From an uncultured bacterium (GTDB taxonomy: Bacteria > Methylomirabilota > Methylomirabilia > Methylomirabilales > CSP1-5), in assembly GCA_964558395.1 (NCBI GenBank), contig CAZLDS010000004.1, forward strand, positions 20,897-84,896: a DNA stretch of 64,000 nt, in the 5' to 3' direction. The notes under the pieces are model-generated. The model made no database searches. It was not told the origin of the DNA and worked only from the letters and a program-made list of their open reading frames with translations. This document shows positions 36,170 through 45,138 of the stretch, one piece after another (the stretch's first letter is position 1; each line of letters opens with the position of its first letter). The position numbers and the translations under genes were made by a program.

Positions 36170-37612
36170 ATGACCGAAGGACCGGAGAAACCCATAAAAG
36201 CCCGTTTACCGCTCTGGCGCCGTCTCGCGGTGCGCCTGGGCGCCAGCTTCCTCCTCGTGAGCGCTGTCGGCATCTTTCTGGCCGGCCACCTCCAGTATCG
36301 GTCAGAGGAGCGGGTGCTGCGCGAGGCGATTGGGGTCGTCCTCCTCAATGTCGCGCGGACCGGTTCCTTGCTCGTGAGCGGCGACCTACATGACCAGCTG
36401 GTCAAACAGGGAAGCCGCGACACAGCAGCCTATGAAACGATTCGCGCGCATCTGCGGCAGATCCAGGAAACGAATGACTTGGAGAACCCGGTCTATACGC
36501 TTTACGACGTTCAAGGGGACGCCGCCCGATTCGGTGTGATTAGCCAGGGTGATGAGCCAGTTGGGAAAGAGTATCTGCTGGCCCCGGAGATCCGGCCCAT
36601 TCTTCGCCAGGTGATGGAACAAGGGAAGGCTGCATATACGGGCATCTACAGCAACGAGCACGGGGTCTGGATCACGGCATTTGCGCCAATCAAGAACACC
36701 GCAGGTCAGACCGTGGCTGCCCTCGATGTGGATTTCAAGGTCGGTGCCCTCTACGTCGAGCGACTGGAAGACATCCGGCGCAATCTCTTCTTCTATTCAT
36801 TGGCCGGAGCACTACTTGCCCTGGGCGTAGGCGTCTTCCTGGCCCGGCAAATCACCCGCCCGGTCGCGCAGCTCTCTGCGATGGCCCGGCGAGTCGTTGA
36901 AGGTGATTTGACTCCACCCGAGCGCATTAAGAGCCAGGATGAAATCGGCCTCCTCGGGAACGTCCTCCACCTCATGGTTGATCGCGTCCACGCCTCCCAC
37001 CGGAGTGTAGTCGATGTGTTGGTCCGGGTGCTACAGGCACGAGACGAAGAGGCCCGCTCACTCCCGCGGCTCGCCACTGCTGCACTGGTCGTAGCGGATC
37101 ACCTGGATCTCTCACCCACCGAACGCGAGGCCCTAGAGTTGGGTGCCCTGCTCCACGATATCGGCGACGTGCGCGTATCGCGGACTGTCCTGCAAAAAGT
37201 CGGACCCCTGACCCCTGAGGAGCGCCGCCACGTCGAACAACATGCCGTATGGGGCGTGGAAATCATCGAGGCAGTCCCCTTGCTCACCCCTGCGATCGAT
37301 GTCGTAGGCGCCCATCACGAGCGGTACGACGGGACCGGCTACCCCCAACGGTTACAGGGTGAAGACATCCCCCTCACGGCCCGGATCTTTTCCGTCGTGG
37401 ATGCGCTCGACGCCATGACCCACGACCGACCGTACCGGCGGCCGCGCTCCACCTCTGACGCGCTCGAGGAGCTGCGCCGAGAGGCAGGGAAACAGTTCGA
37501 CCCACGGGTCGTGGAAGTGGCCCTGGCCATCCCGCCGGAGCGGTGGGTCGAACTGCTGAGCCTCCAACCAGCGGCCGCAAGCGTACAGGAGAAACGGGAA
37601 GATTCACCATGA
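36170..37612 (+). CDS. Membrane sensor with a periplasmic Cache-like domain, HAMP and HD-GYP domains (putative c-di-GMP phosphodiesterase)
   Basis: Two TM segments flank a domain of about 170 aa. A HAMP domain follows (ITRPVAQLSAMARRVVEGDL). The HD-GYP signature is HDIGDV ... HHERYDGTGYP. Confidence 0.85.
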   Translation: MTEGPEKPIKARLPLWRRLAVRLGASFLLVSAVGIFLAGHLQYRSEERVLREAIGVVLLNVARTGSLLVSGDLHDQLVKQGSRDTAAYETIRAHLRQIQETNDLENPVYTLYDVQGDAARFGVISQGDEPVGKEYLLAPEIRPILRQVMEQGKAAYTGIYSNEHGVWITAFAPIKNTAGQTVAALDVDFKVGALYVERLEDIRRNLFFYSLAGALLALGVGVFLARQITRPVAQLSAMARRVVEGDLTPPERIKSQDEIGLLGNVLHLMVDRVHASHRSVVDVLVRVLQARDEEARSLPRLATAALVVADHLDLSPTEREALELGALLHDIGDVRVSRTVLQKVGPLTPEERRHVEQHAVWGVEIIEAVPLLTPAIDVVGAHHERYDGTGYPQRLQGEDIPLTARIFSVVDALDAMTHDRPYRRPRSTSDALEELRREAGKQFDPRVVEVALAIPPERWVELLSLQPAAASVQEKREDSP

Positions 37613-37818
37613 CTGCGCGCCGGTTCGTATCCTTCCTCGACGTCGACCACACCTTGTTTGACAACGATCGTGTCGTCGCCGACCTCATCTCCCGTCTCGA
37701 TCAACCCTACGCCCTTGCGATTCTTGCCAAGTACCCGCCTGCCGACAGCATGGATGAGATGGGAAACCTGCCGGATTATGACGTACACGTGCTGCTCACG
37801 GTGGCACGCGACGGCTGA
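37609..37818 (+). CDS. 69-aa ORF resembling only the N-terminal motif I of a HAD-superfamily hydrolase (possible gene remnant)
   Basis: MTARRFVSFLDVDHTLFDND contains the DxDxT motif. The ORF is far too short for a HAD fold. It overlaps the previous stop by 4 nt. Confidence 0.3.
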   Translation: MTARRFVSFLDVDHTLFDNDRVVADLISRLDQPYALAILAKYPPADSMDEMGNLPDYDVHVLLTVARDG

Positions 37819-37820
37819 TT

Positions 37821-40523
37821 ATGCGTGCGGCACGGGACGATTACGGGCCCATACGTGAGCCGTTTCAGGATCCTCTTTCAAGCACACGCCTTCCTTGGAC
37901 GACCCTGGTACATTCGCGTCTGCTCTCCATCAGTTTCTGGCTCCAACTTTTCGGCGCACTCATGGCGTTCCTTCTCATTTCTTTCTTTACCGCAACACAA
38001 AGCGAACTCGCGCGCTCTATCTCCCCGGGAGAAAGCCCTTTCTTACAGTGGATGAGGAATCATACAACCGAGTTTCTCTGGTCTGGTCTGGCTTATCTCT
38101 TACTCACCGCCGGCCTGCAGTATATCGCGATCCGATTCTCCCGCGACGATTCGCTTCGCGAGATGATGGGGCTGGTCGGAGCTGAACTCGTTGCCGTTGG
38201 CCTGCTGGGCTATGCGCTCGCTGCTCAGCGGAACGGCCTCTTGGCCTGGGGACACACTTTACTGCAAGTGTCCATCCTCCTTCAGGCCTATGTAACCTTG
38301 GGCCGTTCCAGACCGGTCGCGCCGGATGAATCGGTACAGGTTCTGGACATGCAGGAAAAGAGCAGTACCCTGTTCCTCTCGTTCCTTTTTGTCTTTGCCG
38401 CTATCCCCGCTGTCCTCGATCCATCGTGGCATCGCATGCAGGAATACGTGCAATTAGATTCTAATTTTGAGATTGCTTTGAGTCACGTGCTTCCCGCCGT
38501 CCTTTCGGGCGTCATCGGTCTCTGGTTTGGTATCGGGGTGCTGGTGATCTTGAACAGCCTGAGAGCGTTGTGGATCAGGCTGGATAGCCACGCGCGGCGT
38601 CGACAATGGTGCGCACTCATGCCTTTTCTTTTCATCTCAGGGTTCTACGCGGCGATATTAGTCGCTTCACTGGCATACGGGATCGAGTGGGAACTCAACT
38701 CTTTCCAGCTGAGAAGCGCCCTACTCCCCCTGTTCATCTTCCTCTGTGGAGGGGGTGGTGTCTTGAGCTATGTCGCATTCCGCCGGTTGGCGCCCCATGC
38801 GCGTCGCGCTGGTTCACAGAATTTGATTGGGATCATGGCGCTGTCGATGGGGGCGACGCTGGTCTTCCCCCTCATCTGGTTTCTCACCCGACCGGGGTCC
38901 GGGCGGTGGTCATGGCGATTGCTTTTGGCCGCCGCTGGGCTTGGAAGCCTGTTCCTGGGGTCTTACATCGTGTATGGCAACTTTTTCAATCCCTGGTTTA
39001 CGGTGTTTTCCTATTTGAAGGGAGCCATCGTGAAGATGACGGCCGTGAGCGCAGCGGGAATCCTGGTTCTAATCGTTCAGGAGATTCGCGCGTCTGAGCT
39101 CAGGCATCCGCCTCACGCTTGGAGGAGGTGGATGGCGGTCGCGTGCATCGTTCCTCTTGGCTTTCTCCCATTCGCGTCTCTCGAGCGGTACCCGGAAACC
39201 AAAGCGGCCATCTTACAGTTCAACGAATCCAGTATGGTTGATGCTACCTATGCGAGAGCGCTGTCCGACCTCGTGGGACTCGAAGGATGGGTTCGCCTCG
39301 GGCAGGGCCCGAAACCTCACGCCGATGCAAGACCATGGCCCCTTCCCTGGACCCTCGAAAAAACGCACTCATCCTTCCTTCCCAAAGACTTCAATCTTGT
39401 GGTGCTCGTGGTGGATGCCCTGCGGGGGGATGCCTTCCACTCCGCCGGGTATCCTCGTAATCTTACCCCCTTCTTGGATAGGTGGGCCCAGGAGGAAGCG
39501 ATTTCGTTTCGTCGGGCGTACAGCCAGGGGGGCGGAACGTTCGCCGCGTTTCCCTTCCTGGTTGCAGGAAGAAGCCGCTTTAACCTCTATGGACCGCGTC
39601 TGTATCAGGAGAACCTCTATTTCAAGATTGCTCAAGCGGAGGGGATCGATACAGTGATGGTGATAAAGGATTTCGGACCCCGGGCTATTTTCCCGCCCGA
39701 CTTTCCTGTGACTGAGCTGGGCAGATCGGGAGCGTACAGCGACCCACGCTCTGTCCCTGCCGACGAAGTGTTCGGCTGGGCGCAGGATGCGATTGCGAAA
39801 CTCGCCACCGGGCAGCGGTTTCTCGCGTTTCTCCATCTGATGGACGTGCACAATGATCTATGGAAAAAGGCCGATGGACTCGACTTTGGCGAGACGCCGC
39901 GGGACCTCTATGATAATAATCTTTCATATATCGACCGGGCGTGCGGCAGATTCGTGCGCTGGCTCAAGCAACGACGGATTTACGATCGGACGGTGATCTT
40001 GCTGACCTCGGATCATGGGGAGCAGTTCTGGGAACATGGGGCGAGCCTTCACGGTCACACCGTTTACGAAGAGGAGATCCGAATCCCCCTGATCCTGCTG
40101 GCCCACGGGATTCGTGGACGAGTGGAGGATGTTCCGGTCCTCGCGGCAGATATGGCCCCCACCATAGCCGAGCTGGCGGGGTACGCGGTCCACCCGCCCT
40201 ACGACGACTCCCGCATGGGGATCTCGCTCGTTCCCCTGTTACTCGGAAAGGAGCGGGCCCACTATCTCCACAGGGATATTCTTGGCAGGGCATCCTTCAC
40301 ACAGCGATACTTCCTCTACCGGAATTGGAAATGGAAATTGGTCTATTCCGCCGACTTCGATCTTTTGCAACTTTTTAATACCGCCAGGGATCCGGCGGAG
40401 CGAAAGAGCCTCCTGCAAGAGAAACCGGAGCTTGCCGCCGAACTGGAAAGAGAACTCTTGGGATATCTTGAACGTGTGGGGGGAAAATCGTATCGTCCCC
40501 TGCTTCACGACACGTCGTCGTAA
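37821..40523 (+). CDS. Large polytopic membrane protein with a C-terminal sulfatase / alkaline-phosphatase-superfamily domain (LtaS/EptA-like transferase)
   Basis: 900 aa. About 13 TM segments occupy the first 470 aa. Then come VVLVVDALRGDAF, GGGTFAAFP (Thr in the nucleophile position, not the C/SxPxR of true sulfatases) and LLTSDHGEQFWEHG. Confidence 0.8.
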   Translation: MRAARDDYGPIREPFQDPLSSTRLPWTTLVHSRLLSISFWLQLFGALMAFLLISFFTATQSELARSISPGESPFLQWMRNHTTEFLWSGLAYLLLTAGLQYIAIRFSRDDSLREMMGLVGAELVAVGLLGYALAAQRNGLLAWGHTLLQVSILLQAYVTLGRSRPVAPDESVQVLDMQEKSSTLFLSFLFVFAAIPAVLDPSWHRMQEYVQLDSNFEIALSHVLPAVLSGVIGLWFGIGVLVILNSLRALWIRLDSHARRRQWCALMPFLFISGFYAAILVASLAYGIEWELNSFQLRSALLPLFIFLCGGGGVLSYVAFRRLAPHARRAGSQNLIGIMALSMGATLVFPLIWFLTRPGSGRWSWRLLLAAAGLGSLFLGSYIVYGNFFNPWFTVFSYLKGAIVKMTAVSAAGILVLIVQEIRASELRHPPHAWRRWMAVACIVPLGFLPFASLERYPETKAAILQFNESSMVDATYARALSDLVGLEGWVRLGQGPKPHADARPWPLPWTLEKTHSSFLPKDFNLVVLVVDALRGDAFHSAGYPRNLTPFLDRWAQEEAISFRRAYSQGGGTFAAFPFLVAGRSRFNLYGPRLYQENLYFKIAQAEGIDTVMVIKDFGPRAIFPPDFPVTELGRSGAYSDPRSVPADEVFGWAQDAIAKLATGQRFLAFLHLMDVHNDLWKKADGLDFGETPRDLYDNNLSYIDRACGRFVRWLKQRRIYDRTVILLTSDHGEQFWEHGASLHGHTVYEEEIRIPLILLAHGIRGRVEDVPVLAADMAPTIAELAGYAVHPPYDDSRMGISLVPLLLGKERAHYLHRDILGRASFTQRYFLYRNWKWKLVYSADFDLLQLFNTARDPAERKSLLQEKPELAAELERELLGYLERVGGKSYRPLLHDTSS

Positions 40524-40571
40524 CCTGAGGACGACGATGGAGTCTTCCCCTCTGGAAAGTTGGCAACGTAA

Positions 40572-41522
40572 ATGAAGGGTATCTTCACCTTGCTGATGAT
40601 CGCTGTTACAGTGACCGGATGTCTTGAAAGCCGTGAGGTACCCCGGATTACGACAATCCCGGTCGGTCAGTGGCCCAATGACGTCGTGTTCGACCCGGGC
40701 TCCGCCCGACTCTTTGTCGCCGATGAAGGGAGCGCCACGGTTACCGTGTTGCAATCAGACGGGAAGAAGGTTGGGACAATCTCTCTGACGACGAGGGCCC
40801 GACATCTGGCAGTAGACCCCGAGCTCGGCCATCTCTACGCGCCGAATGAAGGCAGCGCCTTTGTTGCCGCGTTCGACACCCGGAATCTTGAGGAGCGCTT
40901 CCGTGTCCCTGTGGGGCAAGAACCCCACGGGATTGCGGTCGATCGCGCTTCCCACCGGGTGTTTGTGGGCAACGAAGGCGAGGGGTCCCTCACGGCCTTC
41001 GATGGCCGGAGGGGCCATGTTCTCTTTACGCTCCCGGTCGGACCAGGGCCGGGAGGTATTGCTACGGACCGCCTCACCGGGCGGGTCTTCGTCGTCAGCG
41101 TGAAGGCGGACCGGGTCGTCGTGGTTGACGGACACAGGGGGCACAAACTCGCCGAGATCCCGGTTGGTCGCGGCCCGACCCACCTGGGGGTCAATCCACA
41201 GAGCGGGACCGTATATGTCCTCAACTCGGGGGGTAATAGCGTCACGGTCCTGGACGGCCGCCACATGCACCCGGTGAAAACCATTCGTGTGGGCAACTAC
41301 CCCATCGGCATCGCCGTTGATGAGAAGGCCGGCCGGGCCTATGTTGTAAATAACCGAGAAAACAGCCTTTCTATCATTGATGAAACCTCCCTCGAGGTTC
41401 GGGGGACGAGGCAAATTCCGTTGAATGTGTCCAACGTCGCCCTGAACGCGACAGCGGGACTCCTGTATCTCGCGCTGAAGAGCGAGGACCACGTCGCGGT
41501 TGTCCGCGTGCGCGATCTATAG
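40572..41522 (+). CDS. YVTN-family beta-propeller repeat lipoprotein
   Basis: Lipobox VTGC. Repeated modules of about 40 aa (P.G.AVD......YV.N.G..SV.V.D). Confidence 0.8.
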   Translation: MKGIFTLLMIAVTVTGCLESREVPRITTIPVGQWPNDVVFDPGSARLFVADEGSATVTVLQSDGKKVGTISLTTRARHLAVDPELGHLYAPNEGSAFVAAFDTRNLEERFRVPVGQEPHGIAVDRASHRVFVGNEGEGSLTAFDGRRGHVLFTLPVGPGPGGIATDRLTGRVFVVSVKADRVVVVDGHRGHKLAEIPVGRGPTHLGVNPQSGTVYVLNSGGNSVTVLDGRHMHPVKTIRVGNYPIGIAVDEKAGRAYVVNNRENSLSIIDETSLEVRGTRQIPLNVSNVALNATAGLLYLALKSEDHVAVVRVRDL

Positions 41523-41550
41523 TGAAACTATTCGGAGAAGCCGTCGCGAG

Positions 41551-42291
41551 ATGACATCGAACGCAAGGGACGAATCGGCCCCAGCGCACCCGCAGCCGGC
41601 CGAGAACGCGCAGGAAAATCGGCGTGATTGGTGGCGGCCGGTCGCGCTCTTGGCCGCGATTCTAGCGGCGCTCGCTTTGACCCGGGCCCTTGGTATTGGG
41701 GAACGGCTGGTCAATCTCAGGGACTGGATTCAAAGTTTGGGTCCCTGGGGGCCGGTCGTCTTCACCGTCCTCTACGTCGCCGCCACGGTGGCGGCCGTTC
41801 CCGGCTCGGTCATGACCGTGGCAGCCGGAGCCCTCTTTGGGTCCGTGCTCGGGGTCATCGTGGTGATCAACGCGGCGACACTCGGGGCCGGCCTTGCGTT
41901 CGTGATTGCCCGGTACTTCGCCCGGGACGCCGTTGCCCGGTCGTTTGCCGGCAACGAGAAATTCCAAAAACTGGATCGCCTCACCGAAGAACACGGGGCA
42001 ATCATCGTCGCCCTTACCCGGCTTATACCCGTCTTCCCCTTCAATCTCCTCAATTATGGTTTCGGCCTCACCCGAGTCCCGTTCTGGACGTATGTCATCT
42101 GGTCCTGGCTCTGCATGCTGCCTGTGACGATCCTTCTTGTCGTCGGGGCAGACGCATTCACCAAAGGCGTCACCCAAGGCCAGGTCCCCTGGCTCCTGAT
42201 CGGTACGTTTGCCGCGACAGCGTTGATCTTAACATTGCTAGTTCGACATGCACGCCGCACACTGAAGGCGAAGGAAAGAAAGGCCAAATGA
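41551..42291 (+). CDS. DedA / TVP38-TMEM64 (SNARE-associated) family membrane protein
   Basis: VFTVLYVAATVAAVPGSVMTVAAGALFG ... RLIPVFPFNLLNYGFGLT are the characteristic re-entrant-loop motifs. Confidence 0.85.
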   Translation: MTSNARDESAPAHPQPAENAQENRRDWWRPVALLAAILAALALTRALGIGERLVNLRDWIQSLGPWGPVVFTVLYVAATVAAVPGSVMTVAAGALFGSVLGVIVVINAATLGAGLAFVIARYFARDAVARSFAGNEKFQKLDRLTEEHGAIIVALTRLIPVFPFNLLNYGFGLTRVPFWTYVIWSWLCMLPVTILLVVGADAFTKGVTQGQVPWLLIGTFAATALILTLLVRHARRTLKAKERKAK

Positions 42292-42301
42292 GAGTAAAGG
42301 G

Positions 42302-43843
42302 ATGAGAAGCAATGAGGAGCTTTCCATGACGCAGGCGCCGGACGTATTTCCCAAAGATGAACACAATGCGCTGCTGGTATCTCATGTCCATCCTCCCGAC
42401 TGGAAGAATCCCGATCCGGCGTCTCGATACAACCTTGTCGTGATCGGAGCAGGCACGGCCGGTCTGGTGAGCGCCGCAGGGGCGGCTGTTCTGGGGGGAA
42501 GGGTCGCTCTCATTGAAAAACATCTCCTCGGCGGGGACTGCCTCACCGTAGGATGCGTCCCCTCCAAATGCGTGATCCGTTCTTCACGAGTGATCGAAGA
42601 CGTGCGTCTAGGACCGGAGCTGAGCGTGCGCGTCCCCACGGGTACCCAAGTCGACTTTCCCGGCGTCATGGAGCGTATGCGCCGCCTGCGAGCCCGGATC
42701 AGCCACCATGACTCGGTCGACCGATTCCAGCAGTTCGGCGTGGACGTGTTCCTCGGGGAAGGCCGATTCACCGGCCGGAACGCCATTGAGGTGGATGGCA
42801 AGATACTCCAGTTCAGCAAGGCCGTGATCGCGACCGGGGCACGTGCCGCCGCCCCACCAATTCCGGGCCTTGCCGAGGCGGGCTACCTCACCAACGAGAC
42901 CGTTTTCTCTTTGACCGAACGCCCCGAACGGTTGGCCGTCATCGGTGCCGGGCCGATCGGCTGCGAAATGTCCCAAGCCTTCCGTCGCCTCGGGTCAGAG
43001 GTTTGGCTTCTCGAAGCGCAGGCTCAAATTCTCACACGCGAGGATCGGGACGTGGCAGAGATCGTCCAGCGGGCGTTTGTGCGTGACGGGGTGAACCTTG
43101 TTCTCGGCTGCACGATCCGAAAGGTAGAGCGCCGTGGTCGAGAGAAAATCATTCAGTTCGAGGGGAATGGGACCTGTAATGACCTTCCGGTTGACGCCAT
43201 TCTCGTTGGCGTCGGACGCGCGCCGAACGTCGAAGGGTTAAACCTGGACGCGGCCGGAGTCGAGCACAACACAGACGGCGTACAGGTGAACGACTACCTC
43301 CAGACGACCAATCCTCGCATCTATGCTGCGGGGGATATCTGTCTGCCATATAAATTCACTCACACCGCCGATGCAACCGCTCGCATTGTCATCCAGAACG
43401 CCCTCTTTGCCGGCCGGAAGAAGTTGAGCTCCTTAATCATTCCCTGGTGCACGTACACCGATCCGGAGATTGCGCACGTCGGTATGTATGAACGGGATGC
43501 GTTGCGGAAGGGAATCCCTGTCGAAACGTTCGTGAGATACCTGCGGGATGTGGATCGGGCTATTACCGACGGTGAGGAAGAGGGATTGGTCAAGGTCCAT
43601 GTCAAGAAAGGGACCGATCAGATCTTGGGGGCCACCATCGTCGCCCGACACGCGGGAGAGATGATCAGTGAAATCACTCTGGCCATGGTCGGAAAGCTTG
43701 GTCTGAAGACGATCTCGAACGTGATCCATCCCTATCCCACGCAAGCCGAAGCCATTCGGCAGGTCGCAGATGCGTACAACCGAACCCGGTTGACTCCGGG
43801 TGTGAAGAATCTGTTTACCCGTTGGTTTGCCTGGACACGATAG
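42302..43843 (+). CDS. Flavoprotein disulfide reductase (mercuric reductase / dihydrolipoamide dehydrogenase-like), paralog of the gene at 1-1045
   Basis: VVIGAGTAGLVSA, GGDCLTVGCVPSK (CxxxxC), VIGAGPIGCEMSQAF, and a C-terminal dimerisation domain with HPYPTQAE. Confidence 0.9.
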   Translation: MRSNEELSMTQAPDVFPKDEHNALLVSHVHPPDWKNPDPASRYNLVVIGAGTAGLVSAAGAAVLGGRVALIEKHLLGGDCLTVGCVPSKCVIRSSRVIEDVRLGPELSVRVPTGTQVDFPGVMERMRRLRARISHHDSVDRFQQFGVDVFLGEGRFTGRNAIEVDGKILQFSKAVIATGARAAAPPIPGLAEAGYLTNETVFSLTERPERLAVIGAGPIGCEMSQAFRRLGSEVWLLEAQAQILTREDRDVAEIVQRAFVRDGVNLVLGCTIRKVERRGREKIIQFEGNGTCNDLPVDAILVGVGRAPNVEGLNLDAAGVEHNTDGVQVNDYLQTTNPRIYAAGDICLPYKFTHTADATARIVIQNALFAGRKKLSSLIIPWCTYTDPEIAHVGMYERDALRKGIPVETFVRYLRDVDRAITDGEEEGLVKVHVKKGTDQILGATIVARHAGEMISEITLAMVGKLGLKTISNVIHPYPTQAEAIRQVADAYNRTRLTPGVKNLFTRWFAWTR

Positions 43844-43871
43844 CGTCCCCCAGAGACGACGAGGCCAAGAG

Positions 43872-44540
43872 ATGGGACGAGTGGCTGTCACGATTATGGC
43901 GAAAGTCCCACGGGCGGGCGAGGTCAAAACGAGACTCTGTCCTCCCTTTACGTCCGACGAGGCAGCTGAGCTGTACCGCTGTTTTCTTCTCGATAAGATA
44001 GAACAGGTGCGAACCCTCGACGCAGCACGCCCGGCGATCTCGTACACGCCGGCCGAGGGAAAAACATATTTTGAGGAGCTGGCCCCCGGCTTTGTCCTGA
44101 TTCCCCAGCACGGTCCCGATCTGGGGGCCCGGTTGGCCAACAGTTTCAATCAGCTTTTTGCAAGAGGATATGCGGGTGCAATGGCTATCGATAGCGACAC
44201 GCCTACCTTGCCAACCCATTTTCTCGAGCAAGCCCTCGACCTCATCGCCACGCCGACGATTGATTTAGTGTTGGGCCCGAGCGACGACGGCGGCTACTAC
44301 CTGATCGGGCTGCGGCGGGTCTACCGTGAGCTCTTCGAAGAGATGGCATGGAGTACAGCCCAGGTCATGCCAGTGACCATCCAGCGGGCCGAGGCGAGGG
44401 GACTGAAGGTGGCTACCCTGCCCCTCTGGTTTGATGTGGACACCTCGGAAGATTTGGAGCGATTACACGCCTCCCTGCAAAGCGCAGGGGCGGATGCAGC
44501 CCGTCATACTCGAAAATTTCTCAAGGAGCATACACCATGA
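43872..44540 (+). CDS. DUF2064 / TIGR04282-type nucleotidyl- or glycosyl-transferase-like protein
   Basis: AKVPRAGEVKTRLCPP ... AIDSDTPTLP ... LGPSDDGGYYLIGL are blocks typical of DUF2064. Confidence 0.7.
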   Translation: MGRVAVTIMAKVPRAGEVKTRLCPPFTSDEAAELYRCFLLDKIEQVRTLDAARPAISYTPAEGKTYFEELAPGFVLIPQHGPDLGARLANSFNQLFARGYAGAMAIDSDTPTLPTHFLEQALDLIATPTIDLVLGPSDDGGYYLIGLRRVYRELFEEMAWSTAQVMPVTIQRAEARGLKVATLPLWFDVDTSEDLERLHASLQSAGADAARHTRKFLKEHTP

Positions 44541-45088
44541 AGAAGTGGTCGGCAATCCCCTGGAAGACCATCTCCACCAAACCGATTTACAGCAATAGGT
44601 GGCTCTCCCTCCGAGAAGACGTGGCAGAGCTCCCCGATGGGCGAACCACGATCTATGGCGTGGTGACGTGTGGAGATTGTGTCGGTGTTCTCCCCTTCGT
44701 CGATTCCGACACGGTGCTACTCATCCAGCAGTACCGCTACGTGGCACGGCAGGTAACATGGGAGATGCCAACAGGGGGGGTCCATTCGGGTGAGTCGACC
44801 GAGGAGGCGGCGCAACGCGAGCTGGCGGAAGAGATTGGCTATCGCGCTGGTCACCTGATCCCCATCAGTGCGTACCATACGAGTAAGAGTGTGATGGACG
44901 AGACGGCCCACTTGTACATCGGAGAAGGGTTGGTCAAACTCGACCGACCGCCCCGTGATGAGACGGAGTTCATCGAGGTTCGTCCTTTTCCCTTTCGCGA
45001 CGTCCTGCAGATGGTCTTGTCCGGCGAGATTGTCGATAGTATGACCCTCATCGCCGTTCTCCTCGCCGCCCGCCGGAAACACTGCTAA
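44537..45088 (+). CDS. NUDIX hydrolase (ADP-ribose pyrophosphatase-like)
   Basis: Nudix box GGVHSGESTEEAAQRELAEEIGY. ATGA overlap with the upstream gene. Confidence 0.9.
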   Translation: MKKWSAIPWKTISTKPIYSNRWLSLREDVAELPDGRTTIYGVVTCGDCVGVLPFVDSDTVLLIQQYRYVARQVTWEMPTGGVHSGESTEEAAQRELAEEIGYRAGHLIPISAYHTSKSVMDETAHLYIGEGLVKLDRPPRDETEFIEVRPFPFRDVLQMVLSGEIVDSMTLIAVLLAARRKHC

Positions 45089-45095
45089 CTGGCCC

Positions 45096-45113
45096 AAGAG
45101 GATTCCTCCTCTT
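45096..45113. terminator. Small hairpin at the convergence point of the plus and minus gene blocks
   Basis: AAGAGGA-TTCC-TCCTCTT, a 7-bp stem between the two convergent stop codons. There is no clear U-tract. Confidence 0.25.
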
Positions 45114-45138
45114 CCCGCTTTCGGGCTTCCCCTCGGAC

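Noticed and set aside
37816-37818. TGA ending the HAD-like stub, considered as a third selenocysteine or read-through site.
   Set aside because: The downstream in-frame sequence is not HAD-like or protein-like, and there is no CxxC context.
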